From sequence record OM339718.1: a DNA stretch of 64,000 nt. One strand, given 5' to 3'. A program made the translations under genes and the position numbers. Positions 27,353 to 37,636 of the stretch are shown here, one piece after another (within the stretch, counting starts at the first letter, position 1; each line of letters begins with the position of its first letter). Below the pieces are notes generated by a model. The model was not told where the DNA came from. It saw only the letters and a program-made list of their open reading frames with translations, and searched no databases.

Positions 27353-27634
27353 ATGATTAGTTCAGTTCATGATTTGGAAACTGCTCTTGTTTTGAATGGT
27401 GTGTGGCGGGCAATCACAGAAACCAATAAAATTGGAGTTGTTGATCTGTATGTACCAAAGACAAGTTATTGGCGAGTAAAAGAATTGATGTCGCGGGTCC
27501 CAATGGGGATTCAATGCAACATCAAGGTAATGAATCTCCCTCTTCGTTACCTCAAAAAATATGAATATATGCACTACACCAAGGTCGATCTCAAACGTGT
27601 TGTAAACAAGTGGACATACACAAAAGTACCTTGA
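27353..27634 (+). CDS. hypothetical protein
   Basis: GAGG SD after promoter/stem-loop 27296-27331. Confidence 0.65.
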   Translation: MISSVHDLETALVLNGVWRAITETNKIGVVDLYVPKTSYWRVKELMSRVPMGIQCNIKVMNLPLRYLKKYEYMHYTKVDLKRVVNKWTYTKVP

Positions 27635-27685
27635 TATAGTTACATTCGTAAGAATTAACCAAATAAAGATACATAAGGAAATATT

Positions 27686-28147
27686 ATGAAGACTATCAAA
27701 GAAGTTTACGAAGAATATAAATCAAAAGAAAATGCAAGCATCCATATTGATCTTCTGGAACAAATTCGCAACCAAACTGAATACAATTTTTATCGTGGTG
27801 TCGATGGTGCCGCTGATTTCTTTGAAGATCAATCAGGGACTATGTTTATTGATGTAGATGGGAAAAATTGGTTTGTTTCTGCTCCACAAGTCAACATCCA
27901 ACCCCGAATCTGGGCAACTAATCTCAAGGCTGATGAACCGTATGATATTGTTGCTCTTATCGATGGTGTTCTTTATGAAAGCCCAGAGACATATTCGCGA
28001 AAAGAGTTTGTTATCGCATCTGTCAATCGTCTTAGGGAAGAACTGACAAAAGAATTTGTCAAGGAGAACTGGAACAAAACAGGTTATAACAAACTGACTT
28101 TCGATGTAGCAATTAAAGATTGGGATGATGATAATGCGAACTCTTAA
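27686..28147 (+). CDS. hypothetical protein
   Basis: AAGGA SD. Confidence 0.7.
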   Translation: MKTIKEVYEEYKSKENASIHIDLLEQIRNQTEYNFYRGVDGAADFFEDQSGTMFIDVDGKNWFVSAPQVNIQPRIWATNLKADEPYDIVALIDGVLYESPETYSRKEFVIASVNRLREELTKEFVKENWNKTGYNKLTFDVAIKDWDDDNANS

Positions 28148-28724
28148 CATTTATGAAATCGGGGTGGACGAACCACCAATCCCCGGTTTAGAGATCTGTT
28201 ATTTGGATCGTGGTTATTCGTTTGGTTTTGTGAACGACCATCTTAAAATGGGTATTGTTGGTGTAGCCTGTAAGCCCGGTGATGAAGACCGCGATGATTA
28301 CTTTTACGGTGAAATCGATTGGGCCGACTGTGATGAACAGTTCTTTAACGAAGAAGGATATCCCCATACCCCATATCTCTATATTGATGATATGGAGAAC
28401 CAACTTGAGGAAGGTGACAAGTGGGCTTACTTCCACGAATATAATGATGCGTTTGGAGTGACTGATATTTTCCCTTTCCAAGAGGGTGAATCGTTGGAGA
28501 TCGCAATCAAGTATGGTATCGTAGAGGAACTAAGTAGGAAACAGACTGTTATCAAGAAAGGATCTATTAGTAACGATGGACGTCCACGACCAGACTGTGA
28601 TTTGTATTACACAGACATTAAAGTTTGGTACAATGGGAAACGATATCTGTTGAAATTTAGCTCAACAAAACCAGATGTTCCGTGTGGTCGTTTGTTTAGT
28701 TATGAATCTATTGTTGAGGGATAA
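28134..28724 (+). CDS. acidic hypothetical protein
   Basis: ORF track; D/E-rich middle. Confidence 0.7.
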   Translation: MRTLNIYEIGVDEPPIPGLEICYLDRGYSFGFVNDHLKMGIVGVACKPGDEDRDDYFYGEIDWADCDEQFFNEEGYPHTPYLYIDDMENQLEEGDKWAYFHEYNDAFGVTDIFPFQEGESLEIAIKYGIVEELSRKQTVIKKGSISNDGRPRPDCDLYYTDIKVWYNGKRYLLKFSSTKPDVPCGRLFSYESIVEG

Positions 28725-28726
28725 AA

Positions 28727-29362
28727 ATGAGTAGTGGAAAAGCAGTATTACGCAACGCAGCGAAGCAAGTGAGATGGGAGAGGAATACAAGTCGCCTTAT
28801 CAAGAAATATCTTCTCTGTGGCTATGATGGTGAATTTAGTTACATTTCCGCAAGGGATCGATTTAAAGATCTTATTATCCATTCAAACATGTGTGGGGGA
28901 GATGTTCTATGTGAATATGAGAAATCCATAGGTATTGGTAAAAAGATTAATACGCTTTGCACAAAGAAAGGGATAGATACAAAACTTTTTAATTTTTCAA
29001 AGTGTATGGTGAATGGACCATTCCTATTCGTTTATGGGCATAGTAAAGAATTCTTAAAGTTTCTAGACCTGATTGATATCAAGTATAATTTTGAAACCAT
29101 TGGTGAGTCTCGAATTAGTATTCTTTTGAATCAGGATATTGGTGACAAGGTTAACAAATTTCATGTCAAAAAGACGGTTGATGTCATCAATGTCGCCATT
29201 ACCGTACCTCATCAAAGTAAATCAGAGTTTGAATACATCAAAGATACAATCGATAATATCATCAAAGAGAAAGCGATTGCAGAAAACAAAGTAATTTTCC
29301 TTAACTCTCAACTCGAAGAGGCAAAGGGTATGATGCGCCGATTGGTAAAGGATTACATCTGA
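28727..29362 (+). CDS. hypothetical protein
   Basis: GAGGG SD. Confidence 0.7.
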   Translation: MSSGKAVLRNAAKQVRWERNTSRLIKKYLLCGYDGEFSYISARDRFKDLIIHSNMCGGDVLCEYEKSIGIGKKINTLCTKKGIDTKLFNFSKCMVNGPFLFVYGHSKEFLKFLDLIDIKYNFETIGESRISILLNQDIGDKVNKFHVKKTVDVINVAITVPHQSKSEFEYIKDTIDNIIKEKAIAENKVIFLNSQLEEAKGMMRRLVKDYI

Positions 29363-29631
29363 TGTGTTCGAAGGAAGAACTTAGATTTTTCTTAATGTCA
29401 AACTATCGACATTCAAGGTTCAAAGATAGAAATACTGGATTTTGGATTGACTATCAGGATATTATCACTGATAATCACAACGAGGCTCTGTTGAAGTATG
29501 GGAGGTCGATGATCTCCCAACATGATAGTATCAATGGACAGATCTTAGTGTTTGACAAAGACCTAAACAAAAAGTATATTGATTATGTAGAGACCCCGAA
29601 ACAGTCTCAAACCCTTACACACTTATTTTGA
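29362..29631 (+). CDS. hypothetical protein
   Basis: TGATG overlap. Confidence 0.6.
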   Translation: MCSKEELRFFLMSNYRHSRFKDRNTGFWIDYQDIITDNHNEALLKYGRSMISQHDSINGQILVFDKDLNKKYIDYVETPKQSQTLTHLF

Positions 29632-29639
29632 GGTTAAGA

Positions 29640-29867
29640 ATGAAACTTGTTCAAGTTGATGGTATTCCGGAAAAAGGTTACTTTGTTGTTACTGGTATCA
29701 GTAATTTTCAAGAAACTCCGTTCCCGTTTGGTGAATCTTATTATGCAAATGGGGAAGGTCGTATTTTTGAATATGAAAATGAATATGACACATGGGAACA
29801 TGATATTACCGATTCGCTTTATTTCAAGGACTGGACTGACGTAAAATATTTTGTAATCGAGGAATAA
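29640..29867 (+). CDS. hypothetical protein
   Basis: GAGG SD. Confidence 0.65.
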   Translation: MKLVQVDGIPEKGYFVVTGISNFQETPFPFGESYYANGEGRIFEYENEYDTWEHDITDSLYFKDWTDVKYFVIEE

Positions 29868-29869
29868 TT

Positions 29870-30076
29870 ATGGATTTCATTATTCGTTACTGTCATATGT
29901 TCGCCTCTTTTCTGTTCGCCTTTCTGAACTCTATTTATTATTGGGTTCCTGCTTATGGTATCGAATGGATTACGATCATCGTTGTAATCACTATCATTGG
30001 TGTTGGTGTTGGGAAAAAATACGAACAAAAGAAACAACAAGATGAGCAATTCGATTTCGGAACTCCATTGAAATAA
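29870..30076 (+). CDS. membrane protein
   Basis: Two hydrophobic segments. Confidence 0.65.
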   Translation: MDFIIRYCHMFASFLFAFLNSIYYWVPAYGIEWITIIVVITIIGVGVGKKYEQKKQQDEQFDFGTPLK

Positions 30077-30085
30077 GGGTTTGAT

Positions 30086-30547
30086 ATGTATATTCAACAT
30101 AATCTAAAAGTGGATGAACTGGTTAGGATGATCGATGAGATCTCCCCAGACCTAGCGCGTCGAGTTGATGATATGATTGAATCAGAAATCGAATCGGCGA
30201 TGGATTCTTGGGGTGATCAGGAAGAGTTTGAGAAGGGATGTCATAAGGAATCTGTTCGTTCTGCAATCCATTTCTCCAAGGATCCTGAATGGTTGAAAGA
30301 CAACAACGCATCAAAAGAAACGTATTACGTGAACTACGTATATCGTCCTTTTCATATGGACAATCATAACGTGTCTATAACGCGATTTAACAACGACACA
30401 TGGTCAATTGATATCAGTATGGGTGCAGTTGGTCAAGATGGTTGGAAAGGCTTTCTGAGGGGTTCTGTTGAGGATGTACAGCGCGAAGTAGTTGACACGG
30501 TTCTTGATTTACTTCAAGATGGTTTGTATCTAAAAATTAATGATTGA
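30086..30547 (+). CDS. hypothetical protein
   Basis: ORF track. Confidence 0.65.
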   Translation: MYIQHNLKVDELVRMIDEISPDLARRVDDMIESEIESAMDSWGDQEEFEKGCHKESVRSAIHFSKDPEWLKDNNASKETYYVNYVYRPFHMDNHNVSITRFNNDTWSIDISMGAVGQDGWKGFLRGSVEDVQREVVDTVLDLLQDGLYLKIND

Positions 30548-30801
30548 GGGACTTTATGATCGTATTTATTGGTTTTGATGATGATATGAATGTGGTTGAA
30601 ATTACAGAATGTACCCCTACTCGTATTGAAGTTATGGACATGATGGTAAAATCTCACCATGCCGTTTGTGTGGTTGTTGATGTAGAAGAAGAACAGATAG
30701 ACACTTGGATTGATAGCGACTGTTCGACTCTTGGTGATGACCTAGTAGACCTAGATATGTGCGGTATGGTAATAGCAAAAATTGACAATCGGAAATTTTA
30801 A
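30544..30801 (+). CDS. acidic hypothetical protein
   Basis: ORF track; start may be ATG 30556. Confidence 0.6.
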   Translation: MRDFMIVFIGFDDDMNVVEITECTPTRIEVMDMMVKSHHAVCVVVDVEEEQIDTWIDSDCSTLGDDLVDLDMCGMVIAKIDNRKF

Positions 30802-30802
30802 A

Positions 30803-31348
30803 ATGAAAAAATTAGAACTCCCAATCGGGACTGTGATCCCCCGTGGTTACATTGTGGGGATCACTAGTTGGGAAAACGACGGTGATTATTACCATACCAT
30901 TTACCACACTGGTCTGACTCGCGATGATGTCGATTTCTTCCGTGTTATTGCTCCGTTTTTTAACAGCGCAAATGATTGGAAAGAGCCGGGTTATGGTAAT
31001 GATCCTTACACAGATGCATTAGTTTTTGAGTTGTTTGATAAACTCGAAGAAAATCCGCATATGGCTAACCAGTTCAAACGCTTTCTTGATATTGATTACA
31101 ATGTGATTGATGAAGATGAAGGGGTGCCTATGTGGGTAACTATCCTAGAAACTATCAAGAAAAATATCACTCATGAAGCAACCTATTATGACGGTGATTT
31201 TATTCGTGTGGTAGAAAATATTGATGTTTGGTTCATTCATGATGAATTTGAGATCAAAGAAATTCCAGCTAATTTTGTAGAGAGTATAAATGAAAATGTT
31301 TTCAACTGTAACAAATCTGTTGACTGTACGAAATATAAACTTCTTTGA
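30803..31348 (+). CDS. hypothetical protein
   Basis: ATG directly after upstream stop. Confidence 0.7.
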   Translation: MKKLELPIGTVIPRGYIVGITSWENDGDYYHTIYHTGLTRDDVDFFRVIAPFFNSANDWKEPGYGNDPYTDALVFELFDKLEENPHMANQFKRFLDIDYNVIDEDEGVPMWVTILETIKKNITHEATYYDGDFIRVVENIDVWFIHDEFEIKEIPANFVESINENVFNCNKSVDCTKYKLL

Positions 31349-31628
31349 GTTTTACATCAAAGATATTAGTAGTGGTGAACTTAGTTGGTTTACTTATGAC
31401 GGTTTTGCATATTTATTCAAAAAAGATACAAACGAATTCATCGATTGCGAAATAGATTATGATGATCCGGAAGAACCACAACGGGTTGTAGATAAGTTTA
31501 TCAACAGTCCTTGTGACCTTCCACATCGATTCTCTCTTGTAGACCAGATTAATCAACTCCAAGAGGAACTGAAAGGCCGGTTGTATCAAGATTTTCGTTT
31601 TAATCGCGACATGACAGATAAAAAGTAG
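31290..31628 (+). CDS. hypothetical protein (start uncertain; overlaps upstream ORF by 59 nt)
   Basis: ORF track. Confidence 0.55.
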   Translation: MKMFSTVTNLLTVRNINFFEFYIKDISSGELSWFTYDGFAYLFKKDTNEFIDCEIDYDDPEEPQRVVDKFINSPCDLPHRFSLVDQINQLQEELKGRLYQDFRFNRDMTDKK

Positions 31629-31685
31629 TTGACGTAGATTAGGGGGTATGAGATTATACCCCTGTACCAACAAAGGAGAGAAAAG

Positions 31686-31865
31686 ATGATTAACGCAGAA
31701 TTCAAAAAAGCAGTTGCTGAGTTTTTCAACACTCATATCGAAGATCAGAAACTGACCTTCGGATCCTTTGATGCCAAAGTTTTGTGGTGTGGTAAGCAGA
31801 TCAATGATAAAACTCCTGTTGGTCGTGCGGCCATTATGTTTGCAATGTCTAAAGTAAAGGTGTAA
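31686..31865 (+). CDS. hypothetical protein (59 aa)
   Basis: AAGGAG SD after promoter 31629-31657. Confidence 0.6.
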   Translation: MINAEFKKAVAEFFNTHIEDQKLTFGSFDAKVLWCGKQINDKTPVGRAAIMFAMSKVKV

Positions 31866-31867
31866 TC

Positions 31868-32227
31868 ATGAAATTTAAAGAAAATCAAGAGATTGTATGT
31901 GTTAATAACCTTGAGATGGAAGGTGTTTTAGTTGTAGGTAAAACATATGTTGTTGACAAATACATAAGTCTTATGGCTGGTGACCTTGTTCAACTATCTG
32001 GGGTTAAAATTCAATTATCCCCAACTCGTTTTCTTCCGATTGGTCATAAAAACGAGTTGGAGATTATGAGTCTGTATTATAAAGTTCGTGAACTTGATGG
32101 CGAAATTGAAGAATGTTTTAATATTGAAGCATTGACAGGGGTTGACCATTATTGGAAGCGGGAAAAACTCCGTGGGCAGATTGATGATATCGAACAAGAC
32201 GTCGAAAAATTGAGGGAAGACGTATGA
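31868..32227 (+). CDS. hypothetical protein, SH3-like N-terminus + coiled coil
   Basis: KFKENQEIVC...LVVGKTYVV pattern. Confidence 0.65.
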   Translation: MKFKENQEIVCVNNLEMEGVLVVGKTYVVDKYISLMAGDLVQLSGVKIQLSPTRFLPIGHKNELEIMSLYYKVRELDGEIEECFNIEALTGVDHYWKREKLRGQIDDIEQDVEKLREDV

Positions 32228-32736
32228 TTTTCTGGAAAAAGAATACTTGGGGGCGGTTAGCTATCGGTGACTCGTTTAATGATGGTAACCTTAAGTCTAA
32301 AATCGTTGATATAAACCATATGTATGGTCAGATCAAACTAGAGAGTGGTGTAGAGATCAAATTTGATTCTGTGCACAGTTACTATTACAAAACACAAACA
32401 TCTCACTGTAACACAACGCAGTGGCATTACGCCTTTATTGACGGCTGTTTGTATACGTTTGGTGAACGTGAAGAACTTAAGGTTGGTGACGTTGTACGAG
32501 CTTCTTATTATGACGACGCAGACCGTCTTAAACATGTGTGTTTTGTGGTAAAAGATTTCTTTAAGTCCGACTCTATTATCGTTGAAATTGAAGGTAATGA
32601 AGAGATCTTGACGGTCGGTTATGGTCATTTGATTACACTTTACAACGACGACCTACCTTCTTATTTTTGTAACGACCTTGAGGTTGGTGTTGGTGGTCTG
32701 GTTGAGAGGATCCGAGATGAACGACGGGCTTGTTAA
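32224..32736 (+). CDS. hypothetical protein
   Basis: ATGA overlap. Confidence 0.65.
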   Translation: MIFWKKNTWGRLAIGDSFNDGNLKSKIVDINHMYGQIKLESGVEIKFDSVHSYYYKTQTSHCNTTQWHYAFIDGCLYTFGEREELKVGDVVRASYYDDADRLKHVCFVVKDFFKSDSIIVEIEGNEEILTVGYGHLITLYNDDLPSYFCNDLEVGVGGLVERIRDERRAC

Positions 32737-32926
32737 ACTTGAGGTTGAAGGTAAAGAGGAATGGGTTGACTCATTCCTCAACCTGAATAAAATTCCTTAT
32801 GTATCAATTGGTTCGGCTAGAATCTTTAAGATGAACAAAGAAAGTGCTTGCTATATGACGAAATGTAGTTCATCATACGTTACCGATGACGATATTGAAC
32901 TTTACAAAAGAGAATATGGGGTGTAA
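32717..32926 (+). CDS. hypothetical protein
   Basis: GAGG SD. Confidence 0.6.
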   Translation: MNDGLVKLEVEGKEEWVDSFLNLNKIPYVSIGSARIFKMNKESACYMTKCSSSYVTDDDIELYKREYGV

Positions 32927-33125
32927 AGTGCATTATACATTGTGGTTTGACTACTGGAATAATTCAGCTTCTGTGTTTGAAACTCATCTCGAACTATCAG
33001 GAATAAAATACGAATGGGAAGAACGAGAGGGGGATGAATCCACCATGGGGCTGGATGGTCTTGTTTATGGGTTTTTCAGTGAAGAAGACCTAGAAAAAGC
33101 AAGTAATATTTATTTGGATATGTGA
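32916..33125 (+). CDS. hypothetical protein
   Basis: ORF track. Confidence 0.55.
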   Translation: MGCKVHYTLWFDYWNNSASVFETHLELSGIKYEWEEREGDESTMGLDGLVYGFFSEEDLEKASNIYLDM

Positions 33126-33294
33126 GATTTTATGACATTTCTTAATGTTTTTGTTCTTGAAACCGTGATCGGTGTTGTAGTAATATTTGGTCTGTTGGTC
33201 TGGCTTGAAGTTCGTAAGGAAAAATAATAATTTATTGTTGCTTTTTGAAAATAGATAGATTACATTATCCATATCGAAACCAGAGGAAGAAACC

Positions 33295-33678
33295 ATGACT
33301 GCTAACGAATATGAAGTAAACAAGGCCACCCGTATCGCAGAAATGCAAAAGAATGCGGATTATATCCTTTCTAAGGTAGATCCTGTTCTTCTCCCATACA
33401 TTCAGGCATATCCTAGCTGGTGTATTGGGCAAGCCGATACTACCGTTGCATTCATTGCAACTGGTAAAGAGGTTGAAACTGGAGTCGAATACTTCAATGG
33501 GCGAATCATTCAATTCATCATGCACGAAGATGAAACAAAGTTTAAAGTCCTTTTGAGTAGTGTTGGTAAGCCGGTACTTCGTAAGAAGAAAACCCAACTC
33601 GAAGCATGTGATGCAGTAATCAAGTTCTTTAATGAAAACGTCGAAAACTTTATGGCTGTTGTAGCCAAATTTAACTGA
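33295..33678 (+). CDS. hypothetical protein
   Basis: GAGG SD in leader cassette. Confidence 0.7.
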   Translation: MTANEYEVNKATRIAEMQKNADYILSKVDPVLLPYIQAYPSWCIGQADTTVAFIATGKEVETGVEYFNGRIIQFIMHEDETKFKVLLSSVGKPVLRKKKTQLEACDAVIKFFNENVENFMAVVAKFN

Positions 33679-33688
33679 GGAAATTATT

Positions 33689-33919
33689 ATGTTCGAATCT
33701 ATCAATACTTGGTTGTTTACTTTGTCTGGTTGGGAATGTTTTTCTCTGGCACTTATGGTTATTGGTACATACTTCTATTGGAATTCCCCAATTCTTCGTA
33801 TTGCGATAATCAACAACAAGCTGTTTGGTGATGGAAAACTGACGATCAATCAACACCCAATTGGTACTATTACCGAGATCCTTTGGTATTACGGCATCTA
33901 TTACTTTGTTACTCTGTAA
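33689..33919 (+). CDS. membrane protein
   Basis: Hydrophobic segments, GAGG SD. Confidence 0.65.
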   Translation: MFESINTWLFTLSGWECFSLALMVIGTYFYWNSPILRIAIINNKLFGDGKLTINQHPIGTITEILWYYGIYYFVTL

Positions 33920-33925
33920 GGACTT

Positions 33926-34375
33926 GTGATGAATATAAAGCTAAATGATTTTGTCAAGAAATTGACTTTCGGTTATTACACTGTTTTTATGAAAGGTGAT
34001 ATACAACTTTTAGTCCGTGTTTCCGAGGGTCGTCAAATCACACCTAATCCATTCGGAAACAAACCTGTCTATATGTCAAGTACCGAGTTTCAAGAAAAAT
34101 ACGGTGATGATATCGTACATGTAGAACATGGGGTCAACACTCCATCGGGTCATGCTGTAAACAGGGTGATAACAAATAGACTAAAAGTAGGATCAACCGG
34201 GAAAATAACCGAATATGGATATGATGATGTATACGATTTCTTTGTATCTGAAATGTGCATACAAGGCGAAGATGTTTTAGTAATGACATACTACACCAGT
34301 AAGGATAATATCAAGTCTTGTTCTATTGATACAGTCAATGACATCATACAGTCATATTCAGAGGTACAACTATGA
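33926..34375 (+). CDS. hypothetical protein
   Basis: ORF track. Confidence 0.6.
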   Translation: MMNIKLNDFVKKLTFGYYTVFMKGDIQLLVRVSEGRQITPNPFGNKPVYMSSTEFQEKYGDDIVHVEHGVNTPSGHAVNRVITNRLKVGSTGKITEYGYDDVYDFFVSEMCIQGEDVLVMTYYTSKDNIKSCSIDTVNDIIQSYSEVQL

Positions 34376-34614
34376 AAGACATAATCGAAAAAATTGATAT
34401 CGGTACTGAGTTTTGGGATGGTCGTTTTGGTCCATTCAAATGCACAAAGAAACCAGAATTTACCAAAGTCAATGCAAATAGAGACGATGGGTATATCTGG
34501 AAAGCATCAGATAAATTTGGTCTGGAACATGAATTTTTGTGGGTTGAGAAATATTCTCATTATGGTCCAAAAATTTATCTATATCAGGCTTATATGAATT
34601 CGGATAGTTTCTAA
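34372..34614 (+). CDS. hypothetical protein
   Basis: ATGA overlap. Confidence 0.65.
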   Translation: MKDIIEKIDIGTEFWDGRFGPFKCTKKPEFTKVNANRDDGYIWKASDKFGLEHEFLWVEKYSHYGPKIYLYQAYMNSDSF

Positions 34615-34678
34615 AAATAGTAGTTGCATTATAAGCCCGTTCGTGTAGAATGGGCTTTGTTGATTCGGAGGAAACGAT

Positions 34679-34879
34679 ATGAACCATTACGTTGAACTGA
34701 ACATGAGAAAGTTAGAATCACTTGGTAAACAGGCCGCGTACTGTCGAAGTATGTTGTCAAAAGAAATTGACAATAACACCAAAAAAGAATATGCTGGTCT
34801 TCTCGCTGATTACGAGCAAGAGATTAAAGAAATCCAAGCTCGTTTAGAAGAAATGATTAACGACCCATGGTTCAACTAA
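34679..34879 (+). CDS. hypothetical coiled-coil protein
   Basis: GGAGG SD after promoter/stem-loop. Confidence 0.65.
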   Translation: MNHYVELNMRKLESLGKQAAYCRSMLSKEIDNNTKKEYAGLLADYEQEIKEIQARLEEMINDPWFN

Positions 34880-34890
34880 GAGGTAATATC

Positions 34891-35127
34891 ATGAAAAATT
34901 TCGAACTCCTTCCTACCGGTGCTTATGCAGTTGAAGTCAAATGGTTATCTGGACACTGCGAAGAAATGGCAGAACGTTTCTTCAAGCGTCACGATATCAA
35001 TTACCAAAAGGTATCCATCGGGTGGGGTAACTCTTTCGTCATCACAGACGGTCAGTATAAAGGGTTCTATGATGTTCACGCAGATCCAGCAAACCGAACC
35101 ATTCTCATCCTTCAAGACCTCGGATAA
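34891..35127 (+). CDS. hypothetical protein
   Basis: GAGG SD. Confidence 0.65.
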   Translation: MKNFELLPTGAYAVEVKWLSGHCEEMAERFFKRHDINYQKVSIGWGNSFVITDGQYKGFYDVHADPANRTILILQDLG

Positions 35128-35141
35128 TTAGGAGATACAAT

Positions 35142-35360
35142 ATGACTTACGAACAATCCCATAAAATCATTGATCAGATCAAAGTTTTGGAAGATATTAT
35201 CAAGAACGGTATTTCGGTAACAACTTCTGGTGGAACAGACAACCATTGGATCTATAGCAATACTATCCGAGAAGAAGTTAATAAGGCTGCCAAGGCTCAA
35301 GCTCGTATCGAACTTGACCAATGCAAAGAACAACTGAAACAATTTTTGAACGGGAAATAA
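35142..35360 (+). CDS. hypothetical protein
   Basis: AGGAG SD. Confidence 0.65.
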   Translation: MTYEQSHKIIDQIKVLEDIIKNGISVTTSGGTDNHWIYSNTIREEVNKAAKAQARIELDQCKEQLKQFLNGK

Positions 35361-35361
35361 G

Positions 35362-35847
35362 ATGAAAAAGAAATATAAGTTTAAAAGTCAAGCCACTTGG
35401 GATTTGTTTGTCATCAACAATAACGATGATTTGTACAATAGTATCATTTCCGTATGTGAATACCCCAAATGGTTTACTATTGAAGAGGATGAATTATTTC
35501 GACCGGTTGTCATTAGTGAAGATCGAAAAACCGTGAATTATCATCCGGGGTACAGAATGCCATTTACCAAAACCGAGATGGAATCTTTTCTTGATTCAGA
35601 AGAAATTATTTTGGGTGGACAACCTGAATTTACAAAGACTATGATGATGGAATGGGCTATGAATGACCCAGAAGTATCTGAGTACATCAAGGATAAATTC
35701 ACTCGTAGTCATATTAAAAGTAAAGAAAGTATGTTGACAAAAGAGATCAAACAACTTAAGATTCGAGAACGTGATATTTACAAAGAACTTAAGTCGATTG
35801 GTTCTCATATCACACCATCAAATTTTTATATTAATCTTGAGGAATAA
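35362..35847 (+). CDS. hypothetical protein, distant MKxxFK-like N-terminus
   Basis: MKKKYKFKSQATWDLF. Confidence 0.65.
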   Translation: MKKKYKFKSQATWDLFVINNNDDLYNSIISVCEYPKWFTIEEDELFRPVVISEDRKTVNYHPGYRMPFTKTEMESFLDSEEIILGGQPEFTKTMMMEWAMNDPEVSEYIKDKFTRSHIKSKESMLTKEIKQLKIRERDIYKELKSIGSHITPSNFYINLEE

Positions 35848-35850
35848 AAT

Positions 35851-36102
35851 ATGCGCAATTTTAAAAGCGACCAACCTTGGTTCTTCCGTCACTTCAACAA
35901 GATCTTTACCGTATTTTTTATCGGTGTTCTCTTGATGATTGCAGCACAAATCGCTCTCGTAGGTTATGCTGCCGTTAACGTGCAGGAACAGGGCATTAAA
36001 GGCGTAGCTGAGTCTATCTGGTGTGGTAGCAACCAAAACACAGAAGAATGCAAGGAATCGATTCGTGGTGCGTTTACCGATATGTTGAAAGAAGGTAAGT
36101 GA
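35851..36102 (+). CDS. membrane protein
   Basis: TM segment IFTVFFIGVLLMIAAQIALVG. Confidence 0.7.
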   Translation: MRNFKSDQPWFFRHFNKIFTVFFIGVLLMIAAQIALVGYAAVNVQEQGIKGVAESIWCGSNQNTEECKESIRGAFTDMLKEGK

Positions 36103-36333
36103 ATGGAGATTAGTCTGAGTAATTTTTCACCTCATACACCAAAAACCCCCGGAACCTACTTGTGGAATAGCGGAACCACGAACAAGCCAGATATTCGCTC
36201 TATTATTGTTGTTCTTTTTCCACAGAAATCTCAGTACGGAATTGATTGGGATGCATATCTGGGTGTTCCGTCTATGGGTGGTCGAAACGTCGGTCATCTC
36301 CAAGGGTCTTTCCTTAAATTGGAGTTTGTGTAA
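36103..36333 (+). CDS. hypothetical protein
   Basis: ORF track. Confidence 0.6.
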   Translation: MEISLSNFSPHTPKTPGTYLWNSGTTNKPDIRSIIVVLFPQKSQYGIDWDAYLGVPSMGGRNVGHLQGSFLKLEFV

Positions 36334-36635
36334 TGCAATATATTTTGACAGAAGAAGAGTACAAAGAACTGAAATCCGTTCAAAAACGTAATGTGATGGA
36401 CAATAAGAAGAAGCTTCAAAAACTTTGCACCAAGATTGCTAACACAATGCCAATCTTCTACTGGGGAAAGGAAGAGGCTGATATTTGGGGTTGTATTCAT
36501 AATGAAGAAATTGACCCAGATGAATGGGAAGATGTAACCGTACCCGGTAAGGAAGTAATGCATACTTCCGGTTACTGCGATGAATGTCCTGTTCAAGACA
36601 TTTGCCCAACTGAATACAAGCGATGGAGTAAATGA
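36333..36635 (+). CDS. conserved Cys-rich phage protein
   Basis: MQYILTEEEY...WGC...GYCDECPVQDICP..K.WSK. Confidence 0.7.
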   Translation: MQYILTEEEYKELKSVQKRNVMDNKKKLQKLCTKIANTMPIFYWGKEEADIWGCIHNEEIDPDEWEDVTVPGKEVMHTSGYCDECPVQDICPTEYKRWSK

Positions 36636-36638
36636 TCA

Positions 36639-37355
36639 ATGGCTAAGATCAGCAAACAGGCGTTGAAACTCCATAATAAGGCTATGGATCTTGTTCACTC
36701 TGATAAAGTCCTCTCATGGGATGAACGTCGTTTTATCCTTGAGAATTACCAAGAGGGAGCAACCCAGATGAATGGCCTTGCTGGTGCATTCTTCACCCCA
36801 GTTATGTTAGCTCGTGATGCTATGATCGAAGTTAACCAAGACCGTTCTGTGTTGGACCTGTGTGCTGGTATTGGTGGCCTGTCTTTCTGGTTGTATGACA
36901 ACGACATTACTTGCGTTGAATTGAACCACGAATATTTTGAGGTTGGTAAACGAGTCGTACCTAATGCAAACTGGATCCGTGGTGATGCACTGGAATACTG
37001 TGATAGCACTAATGACCGGTTCGATTTTTGTATTAGCAACCCACCTTTTGGCAACATCAATACATCTGGTTATAAAGGTCGGTATACTGGCGCAGAATTC
37101 GAATATAAGGTAATAGAGGCCGCTAGTAAGGTATCTGAATTCGGGGTCTTTATTATCCCCCAAATGAGTGCTGGATTTAAATACAGTGGTGTACGTTCAT
37201 TTTGTGACAAAGAGCCGTCAAATAAGTATTTGAAGTTCACCGAACAAACCGGTATCCGCCTTGATCCGGGATGTGGTGTAGACACTTCGATTTATCTTTC
37301 TGAGTGGCATGGTGTAAGTCCCATGGTTGAAATAGCAACAGCGGAATTTTACTGA
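36639..37355 (+). CDS. SAM-dependent amino (m6A/m4C-type) DNA methyltransferase
   Basis: GAFFTP, motif I VLDLCAGIGGL, motif IV ISNPPFG. Confidence 0.85.
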   Translation: MAKISKQALKLHNKAMDLVHSDKVLSWDERRFILENYQEGATQMNGLAGAFFTPVMLARDAMIEVNQDRSVLDLCAGIGGLSFWLYDNDITCVELNHEYFEVGKRVVPNANWIRGDALEYCDSTNDRFDFCISNPPFGNINTSGYKGRYTGAEFEYKVIEAASKVSEFGVFIIPQMSAGFKYSGVRSFCDKEPSNKYLKFTEQTGIRLDPGCGVDTSIYLSEWHGVSPMVEIATAEFY

Positions 37356-37633
37356 TGAAACATACATACCAAGTAGTAACAACAAAAACAATTGATATTA
37401 CAGTTTCCCAATTTGTCAAGAAATATCTGAAAGAAATTCGTGTGTGGGAAGATGAATATGATTTCTTTGTTGATGACCCAACGAGTCGCGGTGATGGGTT
37501 TTTAATGCGCAAATTTTCTCTCCCAAAAAGTCTTTTTTCTATGGATATCAGACACTTTAGTTGGGAAAAGGATAAGAACAAAGCTATGGTTTCTCATATC
37601 ATTGATATTCTTGAAAAGAATTATAAGGGGTAA
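37355..37633 (+). CDS. hypothetical protein
   Basis: TGATG overlap. Confidence 0.6.
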   Translation: MKHTYQVVTTKTIDITVSQFVKKYLKEIRVWEDEYDFFVDDPTSRGDGFLMRKFSLPKSLFSMDIRHFSWEKDKNKAMVSHIIDILEKNYKG

Positions 37634-37636
37634 AAG

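Noticed and set aside
31290-31348. 59-nt overlap of ORFs 30803 and 31290 as a programmed frameshift
   Set aside because: No clear slippery heptamer or downstream structure; start-site uncertainty explains it
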